A DNA stretch of 64,000 nucleotides from an uncultured Veillonellaceae bacterium (GTDB lineage Bacteria; Bacillota; Negativicutes; JARBTT01): contig CAWDTA010000004.1 in assembly GCA_963805085.1 (NCBI GenBank), positions 96,001 to 160,000 of the forward strand, written 5' to 3'. The stretch's first letter is position 1. Every line of letters starts with the position of its first letter. This document shows positions 18,159 through 27,891 of this stretch, piece after piece. The notes under the pieces are model-generated. The model had not been told where the DNA came from, did not search any database, and saw only the letters and a program-made list of their open reading frames with translations. The translations under genes were made by a program, and so were the position numbers.

Positions 18159-19181
18159 TTATTTTTTAGCTGCAACGGATTGTTTTGAACTAATTTTTCC
18201 TTTTTTTTCTGTAATTAAAGCTTGCATAATAATAAACAAGCAAAGCAGTGCGCCAACAACAATCTTAGTCCACCAAGCTGATAATGTTCCTTGGAATGTA
18301 ATAAAGGTTAAAATAATTCCTTGTATCAGTACACCAAAGAGTGTTCCTGGGAGAAAAGCAACCCCACCGGTAAGTAAAGTCCCACCAATTACGGAGGATG
18401 CAACAGCATCCATTTCCATACCTACCCCATGCAAGGTATAGCCAGATAGCATAATCCACGAATAAACAATTCCACCTAAAGCAGCGCAAAAGCCACTAAT
18501 AACGTAAACCATAATTTTGGTTTCAAAAGTAGGCAATCCCATCAGAGTAGCTGAATGTTCATTGCCACCAACGGCAAATACAGCTCTCCCAAATTTCGTA
18601 TATTTCAATACTATCGTAGCGATGATTAACACTGTAATGGCAATTATTACGCCAATCGAAATAAAACCTAAGCCAAAGACACTGATTCTTTCACTAGCAA
18701 TCGCAGTATATGTTGGATTTGTAATACTTACGGTCTCCCGCGAAATTACCGCCGTCATTCCTCGAGCAAAGAACATACCCGCTAAGGTAACGATAAAGGG
18801 TTGCATATTAAACTTCGTTATCAAATATCCTTGCACGCTTCCTAGAATAATCCCCATCAAAAGTACAATTCCGACAGCAATGACAACTGGAATTGCCGTA
18901 TATTGTAACATGTACGCTATCATCATACAGGAGAGAGCCACAACGGAACCAACAGATAAGTCGATACCTCCCGTAAGTAACGTAAACGTAATCCCAACGG
19001 TAACGACAATCAATGCCGCATTATCAATAAATAAATTAAAGAATACTTGTGGCTTCATAAAGCCTTGATAGCTCGCCATCCCTATCCCATATAGAATTAA
19101 AAATAAAAGCACAGTTACAATAAAAGAGAAATATTTCGAAGCAATTGCGGCATCTACAAATGGTTTTAATCTGTAAATCAT
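18159..19181 (-). CDS. yjfF: Galactofuranose-type ABC permease (YjfF-like)
   Basis: GGIDLSVGS, SAWWTKIVVG. Confidence 0.85.
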   Translation of the reverse strand: MIYRLKPFVDAAIASKYFSFIVTVLLFLILYGIGMASYQGFMKPQVFFNLFIDNAALIVVTVGITFTLLTGGIDLSVGSVVALSCMMIAYMLQYTAIPVVIAVGIVLLMGIILGSVQGYLITKFNMQPFIVTLAGMFFARGMTAVISRETVSITNPTYTAIASERISVFGLGFISIGVIIAITVLIIATIVLKYTKFGRAVFAVGGNEHSATLMGLPTFETKIMVYVISGFCAALGGIVYSWIMLSGYTLHGVGMEMDAVASSVIGGTLLTGGVAFLPGTLFGVLIQGIILTFITFQGTLSAWWTKIVVGALLCLFIIMQALITEKKGKISSKQSVAAKK

Positions 19182-20290
19182 GCTTTATTCCCCCCTTGTT
19201 GTTCTAATACACTTTTATCCTGTAAAAGGTTATGTTTTACTGTAGTTATGTGCTCTGTCGGCTTTTTGATACTCTTGTTTTCATTTTTCCAGTTCGACCA
19301 AATCACTCTAAAGCGTTCCGACTGTACCAAACAAAGGATAACCACTACAATCGCTTTAATTACTGGCAGCTGATCCGAGGCAACACCAAACGCATACATT
19401 GTTGTCGTAAGCGTTTGAATTGTAATAGCCCCGATGACACTTCCACCAATATTAAATTTTCCTCCACTTAGTAACGTCCCGCCAAGTGCAACCGCTAAGA
19501 TAGCATCCATTTCCATATTTAACCCGGCATTATTGGCATCGGCCGCTCTAATTAAAGAGCTTTCAATTAAACCAGAAACTCCAGCACAGAAACCCGAGAA
19601 TGCATAGACCAAAAAAATCACTTGATCTACTTTAATCCCGGCAAATCTACTTGCCGTTGGATTAATCCCCACGGATTGAATAAATAGCCCCACGGATGTC
19701 TTTTTATTTACAATATATACCAACACCATCATTGCCAATGCAATAAAAATTGTCGTCGGCAACATACTCCCCGGAATCGTACCACCTATATAACTAAATG
19801 GTTTATAGTATACGGTGATAATCTGACCTTCCGTTAACAATTGTGCGATGCCTCTACCTGCTGTCATCAAAATCAAAGTCGCTACAACTGGTTGTATCTT
19901 AAACTTCGAAACAAGTAGTCCATTCCAAGAACCAGCCAGTACGCCAGCCATTACAGCACACCCCATTGCGATAATGAATGGATTGGCTGCCGTACCATTA
20001 CCTGATCCCCCTAGCATCGTACAACAAACAGCACTAGAAATCGCAATAATAGAACCAACTGAAATATCAATGCCGCTAGTAGCGATAACAAACGTCATGC
20101 CTAATGAAAGAATTATTAACGAAGATGAACGATTTAAAATATCAACTAATCGGCCATAGAAACGACCATCATCGGTCATTTCTATTAAAAAGAAATCTTT
20201 AACAAATACTGCATTAAAAAATAGCAATATTGACAGTGCAAAAAGCGGTAAAAATAAACTATGAGATGTCAGTTTATTTAACTTTTCCAT
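19178..20290 (-). CDS. ytfT: Galactofuranose-type ABC permease (YtfT-like)
   Basis: GIDISVGS, ADANNAGLNMEMDAILAV. Confidence 0.85.
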   Translation of the reverse strand: MEKLNKLTSHSLFLPLFALSILLFFNAVFVKDFFLIEMTDDGRFYGRLVDILNRSSSLIILSLGMTFVIATSGIDISVGSIIAISSAVCCTMLGGSGNGTAANPFIIAMGCAVMAGVLAGSWNGLLVSKFKIQPVVATLILMTAGRGIAQLLTEGQIITVYYKPFSYIGGTIPGSMLPTTIFIALAMMVLVYIVNKKTSVGLFIQSVGINPTASRFAGIKVDQVIFLVYAFSGFCAGVSGLIESSLIRAADANNAGLNMEMDAILAVALGGTLLSGGKFNIGGSVIGAITIQTLTTTMYAFGVASDQLPVIKAIVVVILCLVQSERFRVIWSNWKNENKSIKKPTEHITTVKHNLLQDKSVLEQQGGNKA

Positions 20291-21804
20291 TAACCTTCAA
20301 CTCCTGCAATTGCCTTCATCACATTTTCAGAGGTAATTTTTTCACCTTCGATTTCAGCAACCTTTTTTCTATCTCTCATTACGATTAACTTCGAGCAAGT
20401 CCTGACCATTTCGTCCATTTCGCTGGAAATAAAAACGATCGACATCATTTTCTCCTTGGCAAAATCAATAACCATCTTTTGTATTTCATTTTTCGTTCCT
20501 ATATCAATACCCCTAGTCGGCTCATCTAGTATCAATAATTCCGGCTCTGTCGCTAACCATCTAGCGATAATTGCCTTTTGTTGATTCCCCCCACTGAGGT
20601 TTTTAATCAGTTGCTCCCGATCGGAGACTTTGATTTTAAGGAGCTTGATATATTTATCAACAATTTTCTCTTGTTCCTTCATTGGTATGTGATGAAACAT
20701 TCCTTGTTTTGCCTGCATCGCTAACATAATATTTTCGCGTACACTTAAATCACCAACGATACCTTGCAACTTTCTATCTTCTGGACAAAATGCAATTTTT
20801 TCTTGCATAGTATCAAGAGGTTCTTTAAATTTTTTTTCTTTTCCTTTCACGATTATACTGCCAGCATGGATTCTATTTACACCAAATAAAAGCTCCGCTG
20901 TTTCCGTTCTTCCTGAACCTAATAACCCTGCAAAGCCAACAACTTCACCTTTATGAATATTCAAATCTACATTACTGATTTTACCTATACTAGAAATCTG
21001 ATCTGCTTGCAAAAACACTTCTGCTCTTGCTTTACTTTTTTCAGTCATCTTATCAAAATCTTTTAAATCAGCTAAATCTTTACCAATCATTTTAGAAATA
21101 AGTTCTACTCTAGGTATTTTGTGAACTTCATACTCTCCCACCAAATCGCCATTCCTTAGAATCGTTACTCTATCACACAATTCATAAATCTGTTCCAAAA
21201 AGTGAGAAACGAAGATAATCCCTAGTCCATCATTTCTCAGTTTTCGAATAACCGTAAAAAGTTTTTTGGTTTCTTGTTCATCAAGACTAGAGGTAGGTTC
21301 ATCAAGAATCAAAATTTTTGCCGATACATCAACAGCCCTTGCAATTGCGATCATCTGTTGAATTGCTACAGGGTAATTATCGAGGGTCTTAGTAACATCA
21401 ATATCGACATTTAAGTTTCTCAATAATTCTTGCGATCTTTTATTCACTTGTTTCCAATCGATAAGGCCATTTTTCATTGGTTCCCTACCAATGAATATAT
21501 TTTCAGCAACCGAAAGATTCGTACATAAATTAACTTCTTGGTATACCGTACTAATACCAACTTTCTGTGCTTCTTGTGTAGACCCCGGCAAAATTTCTTG
21601 ACCTTCTAGTTGAATACTACCACTATCAAGTGGATAAACACCGGTAAGCACTTTAATTAATGTAGATTTTCCTGCACCATTTTCCCCCATTAAGGAGTGA
21701 ATTTCCCCTGCACGCAAAGTAAAATTTACATCATTCAAGGCTTTTACCCCTGGAAAAATCTTATGAATATGATTCATTGCTAGAAGTACAGTTGCTCCAG
21801 ACAC
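20290..21804 (-). CDS. ytfR: Galactofuranose-type ABC ATPase (YtfR-like)
   Basis: [27 protein letters not shown]. Confidence 0.88.
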   Translation of the reverse strand: MSGATVLLAMNHIHKIFPGVKALNDVNFTLRAGEIHSLMGENGAGKSTLIKVLTGVYPLDSGSIQLEGQEILPGSTQEAQKVGISTVYQEVNLCTNLSVAENIFIGREPMKNGLIDWKQVNKRSQELLRNLNVDIDVTKTLDNYPVAIQQMIAIARAVDVSAKILILDEPTSSLDEQETKKLFTVIRKLRNDGLGIIFVSHFLEQIYELCDRVTILRNGDLVGEYEVHKIPRVELISKMIGKDLADLKDFDKMTEKSKARAEVFLQADQISSIGKISNVDLNIHKGEVVGFAGLLGSGRTETAELLFGVNRIHAGSIIVKGKEKKFKEPLDTMQEKIAFCPEDRKLQGIVGDLSVRENIMLAMQAKQGMFHHIPMKEQEKIVDKYIKLLKIKVSDREQLIKNLSGGNQQKAIIARWLATEPELLILDEPTRGIDIGTKNEIQKMVIDFAKEKMMSIVFISSEMDEMVRTCSKLIVMRDRKKVAEIEGEKITSENVMKAIAGVEG

Positions 21805-21898
21805 GCTCCCCACACCTTTCTCGAACCTCAATCAGATGGAACCACGTCCTTACCCATTTTGTCCCATGCATAAGGACGTGGCCTATCAAAGAATACTT

Positions 21899-22924
21899 TT
21901 AATATTTTCTCTCTGGTAATATTTTAGCGGCCACATCAGCTGGAAAAATTCCTTCTTCAACATATACATGTTTTTCAACTTTTTCATTGTTTAGAATTTT
22001 TTTCGCAGTTTCCATAATAAGATCCCCTTGTAATGGATTACACTCAACCGTACAGTTAGCTTTACCATCAATCATAGCCTGGAAGATACCTTTTACAGAA
22101 TCAATTGAAATAATGGTGATATCTTTTCCTGGTTTTAAACCAGCTGCTTCGATCGCTTGAATTGCGCCCAATGCCATATCATCATTATGAGCAAATAGAA
22201 TATCAATTTTATCACGATCTGATTTTAAGAAAGATTCCATAACTTCTTGCCCTTTTTGGCGAGTAAATTCACCAGTTTGGGAAAGTAAGATATTATATTT
22301 ATCGGCATTTTTGCTTGCAGCCATTGCATCTTTAAAGCCATTTTGGCGACCAACAGCTACAGAAGATCCAACAGTACCTTCTAATACTGCAATATTAAAT
22401 TTATTACCGCCAGCACGTGGAGCTTTATTTTGCTTTGCCATATATTCATCAATCCACGCGAATACTTTCTTACCTTCTGCTACAGAATCTGTACCAATTT
22501 TTGCAACAAAAAGAGATTCATCACTTAATTTAACATCTCTATCAACGATCATAACTGGAATTTTAGCATCTTTTGCTTCTTTTAAAACTGTATCCCAACC
22601 AGTTTCAACGATTGGTACAAATGCTATAATATCGACACCTTGTGCAATAAAGGAACGAATTGCTTTGATTTGGTTCTCTTGCTTTTGTTGGGCATCTGAA
22701 AATTGAAGAGCAATACCAGCTTTTTGTGCCGCACTCTTTACTGATTCAGTATTTGCAGTTCTCCATTCACTTTCAGCACCAATTTGCGAGAAGCCCATTG
22801 TAATTTTTTTATCAGAACTTGCTGCTTTTTCTTCTTTTGCTTTGTCTCCCGAGGAACACCCTACAACCATCACCATCATAATAGTAGCTAATACAACCGA
22901 AAGGATTTTTTTTAAATTTTTCAT
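21899..22924 (-). CDS. ytfQ: Galactofuranose-type ABC substrate-binding lipoprotein (YtfQ-like)
   Basis: Lipobox VVGC; GFSQIGAESEWR, DAQQKQENQIKAIRSFIAQGVD. Confidence 0.88.
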   Translation of the reverse strand: MKNLKKILSVVLATIMMVMVVGCSSGDKAKEEKAASSDKKITMGFSQIGAESEWRTANTESVKSAAQKAGIALQFSDAQQKQENQIKAIRSFIAQGVDIIAFVPIVETGWDTVLKEAKDAKIPVMIVDRDVKLSDESLFVAKIGTDSVAEGKKVFAWIDEYMAKQNKAPRAGGNKFNIAVLEGTVGSSVAVGRQNGFKDAMAASKNADKYNILLSQTGEFTRQKGQEVMESFLKSDRDKIDILFAHNDDMALGAIQAIEAAGLKPGKDITIISIDSVKGIFQAMIDGKANCTVECNPLQGDLIMETAKKILNNEKVEKHVYVEEGIFPADVAAKILPERKY

Positions 22925-23461
22925 TTTTTACTCCTTTTCAATTCAATTAAATTTGATAACAAACTTTCACTAAACTATGTTTTGCTGGTCTGAAACTCCG
23001 ATAAAACAAATGAAAAAAGTTCTGTTTTCCACCTTCTTTTTTTACAAGCATCTCAAGCGATCCTTGCAGTTTCAGTATCTGTAAACTTTTTGATTCATTA
23101 TAAGCTTTTAACAGCTTACAGATTGTCAAGTTCGTTTTTGTAAATTACTGAATTTTGCGACATCTGTTGAAACACATTTTTGTCTATTAAGTGGAATATT
23201 GTCCATTTTCTGAATATTCACAATAAACAAAACTTGACTTAAATAAATACAACATTGACAAATTCCATCTTTTTATTATATGTATTTACAACTTTTAAAA
23301 ACAGTAATGGATTTGTCATACAACTTATATTATAAGTATATACTGCCTATTAGAATTTTTCAATGTTTTTTTCAATAATCTGGATATGAAAAAATTCATT
23401 TCATTCCAATCCTCGCGCGCACTAAAAAACGCTATCTGACTTTACCAGTCAGATAGCGTTT

Positions 23462-24196
23462 TTAACTATCGCCGAGACCTCCACAGAGACCATGTAACTG
23501 TTTATTAATATTTGTTAATCCATTATAGACACTATTGACATCGGTATCATCACTACGATTGTCTAAATAACGCTCTAATTTACGTTTGACACGTTGCAAA
23601 GCATTATCAATAGACTTAACATGACGATCAAGTTCTACTGCAATTTCTTGGTAAGATTTTCCATCAAGATAAGACATAAGAACTTTCCATTCCAAATCAC
23701 TGAGAATTTGCCCCATCTTTGCCTCAATATCAATAAATTCTTCACGACTAATAACAAGTTCTTCTGGATCGGAAATTTTCGAACCAGATAACACATCCAA
23801 TAATGTACGATCAGAGTCTTCATCATAAATTGGTTTATTCAAAGACACATAGGAATTTAACGGAATATGTTTTTGGCGTGTTGCCGTTTTTATTGCCGTA
23901 ATAATTTGTCTAGTAACACATAACTCCGCAAACGCTCTAAAAGATGACAATTTGTCATTTCTAAAATCTCTAATTGCTTTATATAATCCAATCATTCCTT
24001 CTTGGATTATATCTTCACGATCTGCACCGATTAAAAAGTAAGAACGTGCTTTTGCTCTGACAAAATTTCGATATTTATTAATCAGATAATCTAGTGCGAT
24101 ATTATTATCGTTCGTCTTAGCTTCAGCGACAATTTCTTCATCGGTCATATTCTCAAAATCATTAAATACTTCTTCACTTTGAATATTAACTCGCAT
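23462..24196 (-). CDS. sigH: RNA polymerase sigma factor SigH
   Basis: YFLIGADREDIIQEGMIGL, KSIDNALQRVKRK. Confidence 0.97.
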   Translation of the reverse strand: MRVNIQSEEVFNDFENMTDEEIVAEAKTNDNNIALDYLINKYRNFVRAKARSYFLIGADREDIIQEGMIGLYKAIRDFRNDKLSSFRAFAELCVTRQIITAIKTATRQKHIPLNSYVSLNKPIYDEDSDRTLLDVLSGSKISDPEELVISREEFIDIEAKMGQILSDLEWKVLMSYLDGKSYQEIAVELDRHVKSIDNALQRVKRKLERYLDNRSDDTDVNSVYNGLTNINKQLHGLCGGLGDS

Positions 24197-24355
24197 CGCA
24201 CCGCCTCCTCAAAATTTCTCTTGTAACGATTTCTATTCACTTTACAAACAATTAGCTTGTACTTTCCACACCGTTCTAGGATCAAAAGTATAAGAAAAAG
24301 AAAATGCGCCTTCGCGCTGTTGATATGGTTAACTATCTACATTTCTTTACAGCAA

Positions 24356-24384
24356 ATTATACCCTAGGGCAATGCCCTAGTCAA
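24356..24384 (-). promoter_or_regulatory. SigA promoter of sigH with palindromic spacer
   Basis: TTGACT-N17-TATAAT. Confidence 0.7.
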
Positions 24385-24421
24385 GCATCAATTGCCCAGT
24401 TCTATTGTTTTACATAACTAT

Positions 24422-24949
24422 TTAACGTCTTTTTCTAAATTCATCCAATTTTCTGGCAACATCCGCCTTAATTCGACCCCCAAGTTCACTTCTTGATAGC
24501 AAGGCTGGATTGCGAATATATTCTTGCTCAATCTTTTTTTTCGTCTTTATAATATCTTTTCGAAACTCCCGTACTGATACCCGATAAGCACCCGCACCTA
24601 AAATAACTGTTTGTTCGGCATAATCAGAAGTAACAACATAAACTTCTTTACCTTCTCGAACCAAAGTATAGGCTAGCCTTTCTATATAACTATCGGCAGT
24701 TTCACCTTCGTCGGTATAAATGAGTACTAAATTTTTATTTACTTGCTCATACGATTCACTCGTTACCGTAAAAAAGGCATCAAAAACAATCGTGATATCG
24801 TACTGCTGAAATGCCCCATATTCAGTTAAAATATCTATCAGTTTATCTCTCGCAAACTCCAAGCTATCTCTAATTGCAATTAATTCTGGCCAAGCATTGA
24901 TGACATTATACCCATCAATTATGAAATGTTCGCGTTTCCCATTTTTCAT
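24422..24949 (-). CDS. yacP: NYN-domain endoribonuclease YacP/Rae1
   Basis: IIDGYNVI, VFDA, ETADSYIE, VVTSD; synteny. Confidence 0.92.
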   Translation of the reverse strand: MKNGKREHFIIDGYNVINAWPELIAIRDSLEFARDKLIDILTEYGAFQQYDITIVFDAFFTVTSESYEQVNKNLVLIYTDEGETADSYIERLAYTLVREGKEVYVVTSDYAEQTVILGAGAYRVSVREFRKDIIKTKKKIEQEYIRNPALLSRSELGGRIKADVARKLDEFRKRR

Positions 24950-25054
24950 TTATTTTCTCCTGAACAGGCACTCTATGACAAATTCTTTTATTTACTCAAA
25001 ACATATTATTAATTATAACATAAAAGGTTAGCATTTTCGCTGACCTTAATCGTT

Positions 25055-25867
25055 TTATTTATTTGCTTTTAGCATACGCTGCTTAGCGGATTCAAACATT
25101 AAAATGGAGCCGGCAACAGAAGCATTCAAAGAATTGATCTTGCCGCCCATTGGTATCTGCACTAAAAAGTCACACTGTTCTTTTGTTAAACGACCAATAC
25201 CTTTGCCTTCACTACCAATGACAAGCACTAAAGCGCCCGTTAAATCTGCTTCATAATAGGTTTTGTCCCCATCCATGTCAGCACCAACAACCCACATTCC
25301 CATTTTTTTAAGTTCTTTAATCGTTTGCGCAATGTTACCAATCCTCGCCACTGGAACGTATTCCACTGCCCCAGCTGAAGTTTTTGCTACAGTTGCCGAT
25401 AATGGACAACTCCGGCGTTTAGGAATAAGTACTCCATGCACACCAGCTGCATCTGCCGTCCGCAGGATCGCACCTAAATTATGTGGATCTTCTAGCTCAT
25501 CTAGCAAAACGATAAACGGCGGCTGTCCTAGATCATTTGCTTTTTGTAAAATATCTTCAATCTCAACATATTCCACTGGCGATGCATAAGCAAGTACACC
25601 TTGATGGCGTAACCCTTTCGTTATTTCATCGAGTTTTTTCATTTCAACTTCTTGAATGATCTGACGATTTTCTTTAGCAAGCGCAATGACCTCTTTAATC
25701 GAACCTTGTCGTTCTCCTTTGGCAATTAGCACTTTATTAATAGAACGTCCACTTTTTAACGCTTCCATCACGCTATTGCGGCCGATGATAATTTCATCTG
25801 ATAATTCCTGCTGTTCTTCTTGAACTTCTCTATTGCTTTTATTTTCTTTTCTTCCAGTTTTATTCAT
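25055..25867 (-). CDS. rlmB: 23S rRNA (G2251-2'-O)-methyltransferase
   Basis: DPHNLGAILRT, GSEGKG, SLNASVA SPOUT motifs. Confidence 0.95.
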   Translation of the reverse strand: MNKTGRKENKSNREVQEEQQELSDEIIIGRNSVMEALKSGRSINKVLIAKGERQGSIKEVIALAKENRQIIQEVEMKKLDEITKGLRHQGVLAYASPVEYVEIEDILQKANDLGQPPFIVLLDELEDPHNLGAILRTADAAGVHGVLIPKRRSCPLSATVAKTSAGAVEYVPVARIGNIAQTIKELKKMGMWVVGADMDGDKTYYEADLTGALVLVIGSEGKGIGRLTKEQCDFLVQIPMGGKINSLNASVAGSILMFESAKQRMLKANK

Positions 25868-25893
25868 ATCATTACCTCCAACTGTTTCTATAT

Positions 25894-27228
25894 CTATGCT
25901 TTTAAATTTAAAAACTTTTCTTTCATTTGTAACATCTGCCCACAGCTGAGCTTACCTTCGGGGCATTGTCCTAATACACAAGGTGGCAAAGCCTGTTCAT
26001 ATAACGCTAACGATAATTTACGAAGCAGCATTACCTTTTTGGCCGCTAATTCACGAATTTCCCATTGTGCATTCATACAAGTCCGATCGGCCAGCATGGA
26101 GATATCGGCACGGGCGTTAGCAGAAATAATGACTTTTACTTGGTCACAATTGAGTAAAAAGAATAATGCTTGCGCCTCACCATATTTTTCGGCAATGCGT
26201 TTACGGAATGCCTTGATACGCTTTGCTATTTCTTTATATTCTTCACAAAAGATGGACTGTTTAATCGTTTCTGGTACTTTTACGACTCTCGTCTCATCAT
26301 ATAATAAATCTGTTAAACTCTCACGGTAATTTGCCGTGATTCTATGACGCAGTTGTTGATGATAAGTTACTAGGCTACACATCATACCAAAGGTGGTTCG
26401 CGCTTGTTCAGCAATACTTGAATGTCCATAACTTAGGACACGCTCTACGACACCTTTTGCTCTTGCTGGCGCCTCATCACCCCATTTAGCGATTGATTCT
26501 GATGGCGCAATCTTCATTGTACTGGTCATGGCTCCAAAGCCAACCTTCATGTCAAGATCCGTAAATTTATTTAATAAAATCAAGTTATCTCTGGAATTGA
26601 TGCTAGCAAAATACTCTTGATAAAAAGCTTGTAGCAAATCTGTCTTCTTACTATTTTCTTGCTTTGCCATGAGTAACGCAGTGATGCGCTTTGGCAAACA
26701 CCGCTTTAACGCAGCAAGTTCTTCGGTAAACAATGCTCCATATGTAGCATCCATAAATAGACGAAATAAATCAACTAACTTGTCCCCTGCCATAGCAACA
26801 CAAACATTTGTCTTTGTAATAAGGGGCAATATATAACGGGCATCTTCAATTGGAATCCCATATACATAATTCGCTAACTTCGGGCGACCTTTAAATTCGC
26901 CTTCTTTTAATGCTGACATCTTCCCATAAAGTGCAAAAGCTGCCTGTGTAAGTTCTTCAGCTTCTTGATTATCCGCTTCCTCTAATTGAGGCAACGTATA
27001 CGACTGGCGATTCATCGTCACATATCGTTGACTTTGCTGTACATAAGAATCTTTTAGTTCGCAAATTAAGGTACTTTGCAAACGATTGATGCCTTCAAAA
27101 ATAAACGAAAGATTACACGTTCTTAAGAAATCACGTACTTCACTTTCTGTTAGATTACAAATATCATGCGCTTCAAAAAAATCTTCTACTTTATCAATAC
27201 CGGTTGCTTCAAATTGAGCAATTTTCAT
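25894..27228 (-). CDS. thyX: Tandem-domain FAD-dependent thymidylate synthase (444 aa)
   Basis: QQSQRY, EDARYILP, GHSSIAE, HQQLRHR, AQWEIR; mrnC-rlmB position; ATG 27226-27228 after GGAG. Confidence 0.82.
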   Translation of the reverse strand: MKIAQFEATGIDKVEDFFEAHDICNLTESEVRDFLRTCNLSFIFEGINRLQSTLICELKDSYVQQSQRYVTMNRQSYTLPQLEEADNQEAEELTQAAFALYGKMSALKEGEFKGRPKLANYVYGIPIEDARYILPLITKTNVCVAMAGDKLVDLFRLFMDATYGALFTEELAALKRCLPKRITALLMAKQENSKKTDLLQAFYQEYFASINSRDNLILLNKFTDLDMKVGFGAMTSTMKIAPSESIAKWGDEAPARAKGVVERVLSYGHSSIAEQARTTFGMMCSLVTYHQQLRHRITANYRESLTDLLYDETRVVKVPETIKQSIFCEEYKEIAKRIKAFRKRIAEKYGEAQALFFLLNCDQVKVIISANARADISMLADRTCMNAQWEIRELAAKKVMLLRKLSLALYEQALPPCVLGQCPEGKLSCGQMLQMKEKFLNLKA

Positions 27229-27405
27229 TCCATTCACTCTCCAGTTATTCCTGTACATAAATACATATCGGTATATTATAACAATAAATCTTATCCTAAT
27301 GCAATTCATTCACCTAGCCATACGTAGCATAAATTTATGTTTTTTAAAATTTATCATGATAAATGGACTATCACAAGGCTTTGCAATAGTCCATTTATCA
27401 TACTT

Positions 27406-27891
27406 CTATTTTAGTTTCGTCTTATCCATCATCTCCTGCGAAATGATGCTAAAAGATTTCCCTACCAATTCCTGTAGGCGTTCATATTTTTCCTCTAGAT
27501 AAAGTGCACCAAGTAACGACTCAAAGCCCGTACTCGCTCTATATTCGGCAACCGTAGCACTCTTTGGCACATGACTTTTTGCATTACGACCACGCCGAAA
27601 TACCGCTTTTTCTTCTTCGGTTAGCAGCTCTTCAATGCCATGATAAGCAACAGATTGCCAAGAAGCCGATACGATTTTTGCCCCAAAGCTATGTAAAACT
27701 TGCACTTTATTTTGTTCATGTGCTAAGAGTCTGCCACGCACATATAAGTTAAAATAGGCATCCCCTATATAGGCAAGGACGAGTGGGTTCAAGGCATCCA
27801 CTCGAATCTCCTTATACTTTTGCTTGACGGCCCCTGACTCATCAGGCTGAAGAACACTATCAACTAAAAATTTAAAATGATCAAACTTCAT
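27406..27891 (-). CDS. mrnC: Mini-ribonuclease III
   Basis: LAYIGDA, RRGRN, YRASTGFESLLG; TAATG-coupled to cysS. Confidence 0.95.
   Translation of the reverse strand: MKFDHFKFLVDSVLQPDESGAVKQKYKEIRVDALNPLVLAYIGDAYFNLYVRGRLLAHEQNKVQVLHSFGAKIVSASWQSVAYHGIEELLTEEEKAVFRRGRNAKSHVPKSATVAEYRASTGFESLLGALYLEEKYERLQELVGKSFSIISQEMMDKTKLK

Noticed and set aside
22947-23129. 60-aa ORF upstream of ytfQ
   Set aside because: TTG start without RBS in a promoter region; no recognisable features.
27229-27309. N-terminal extension of ThyX in the ORF track
   Set aside because: The RBS supports ATG at 27228; the extension is AT-rich intergenic sequence.
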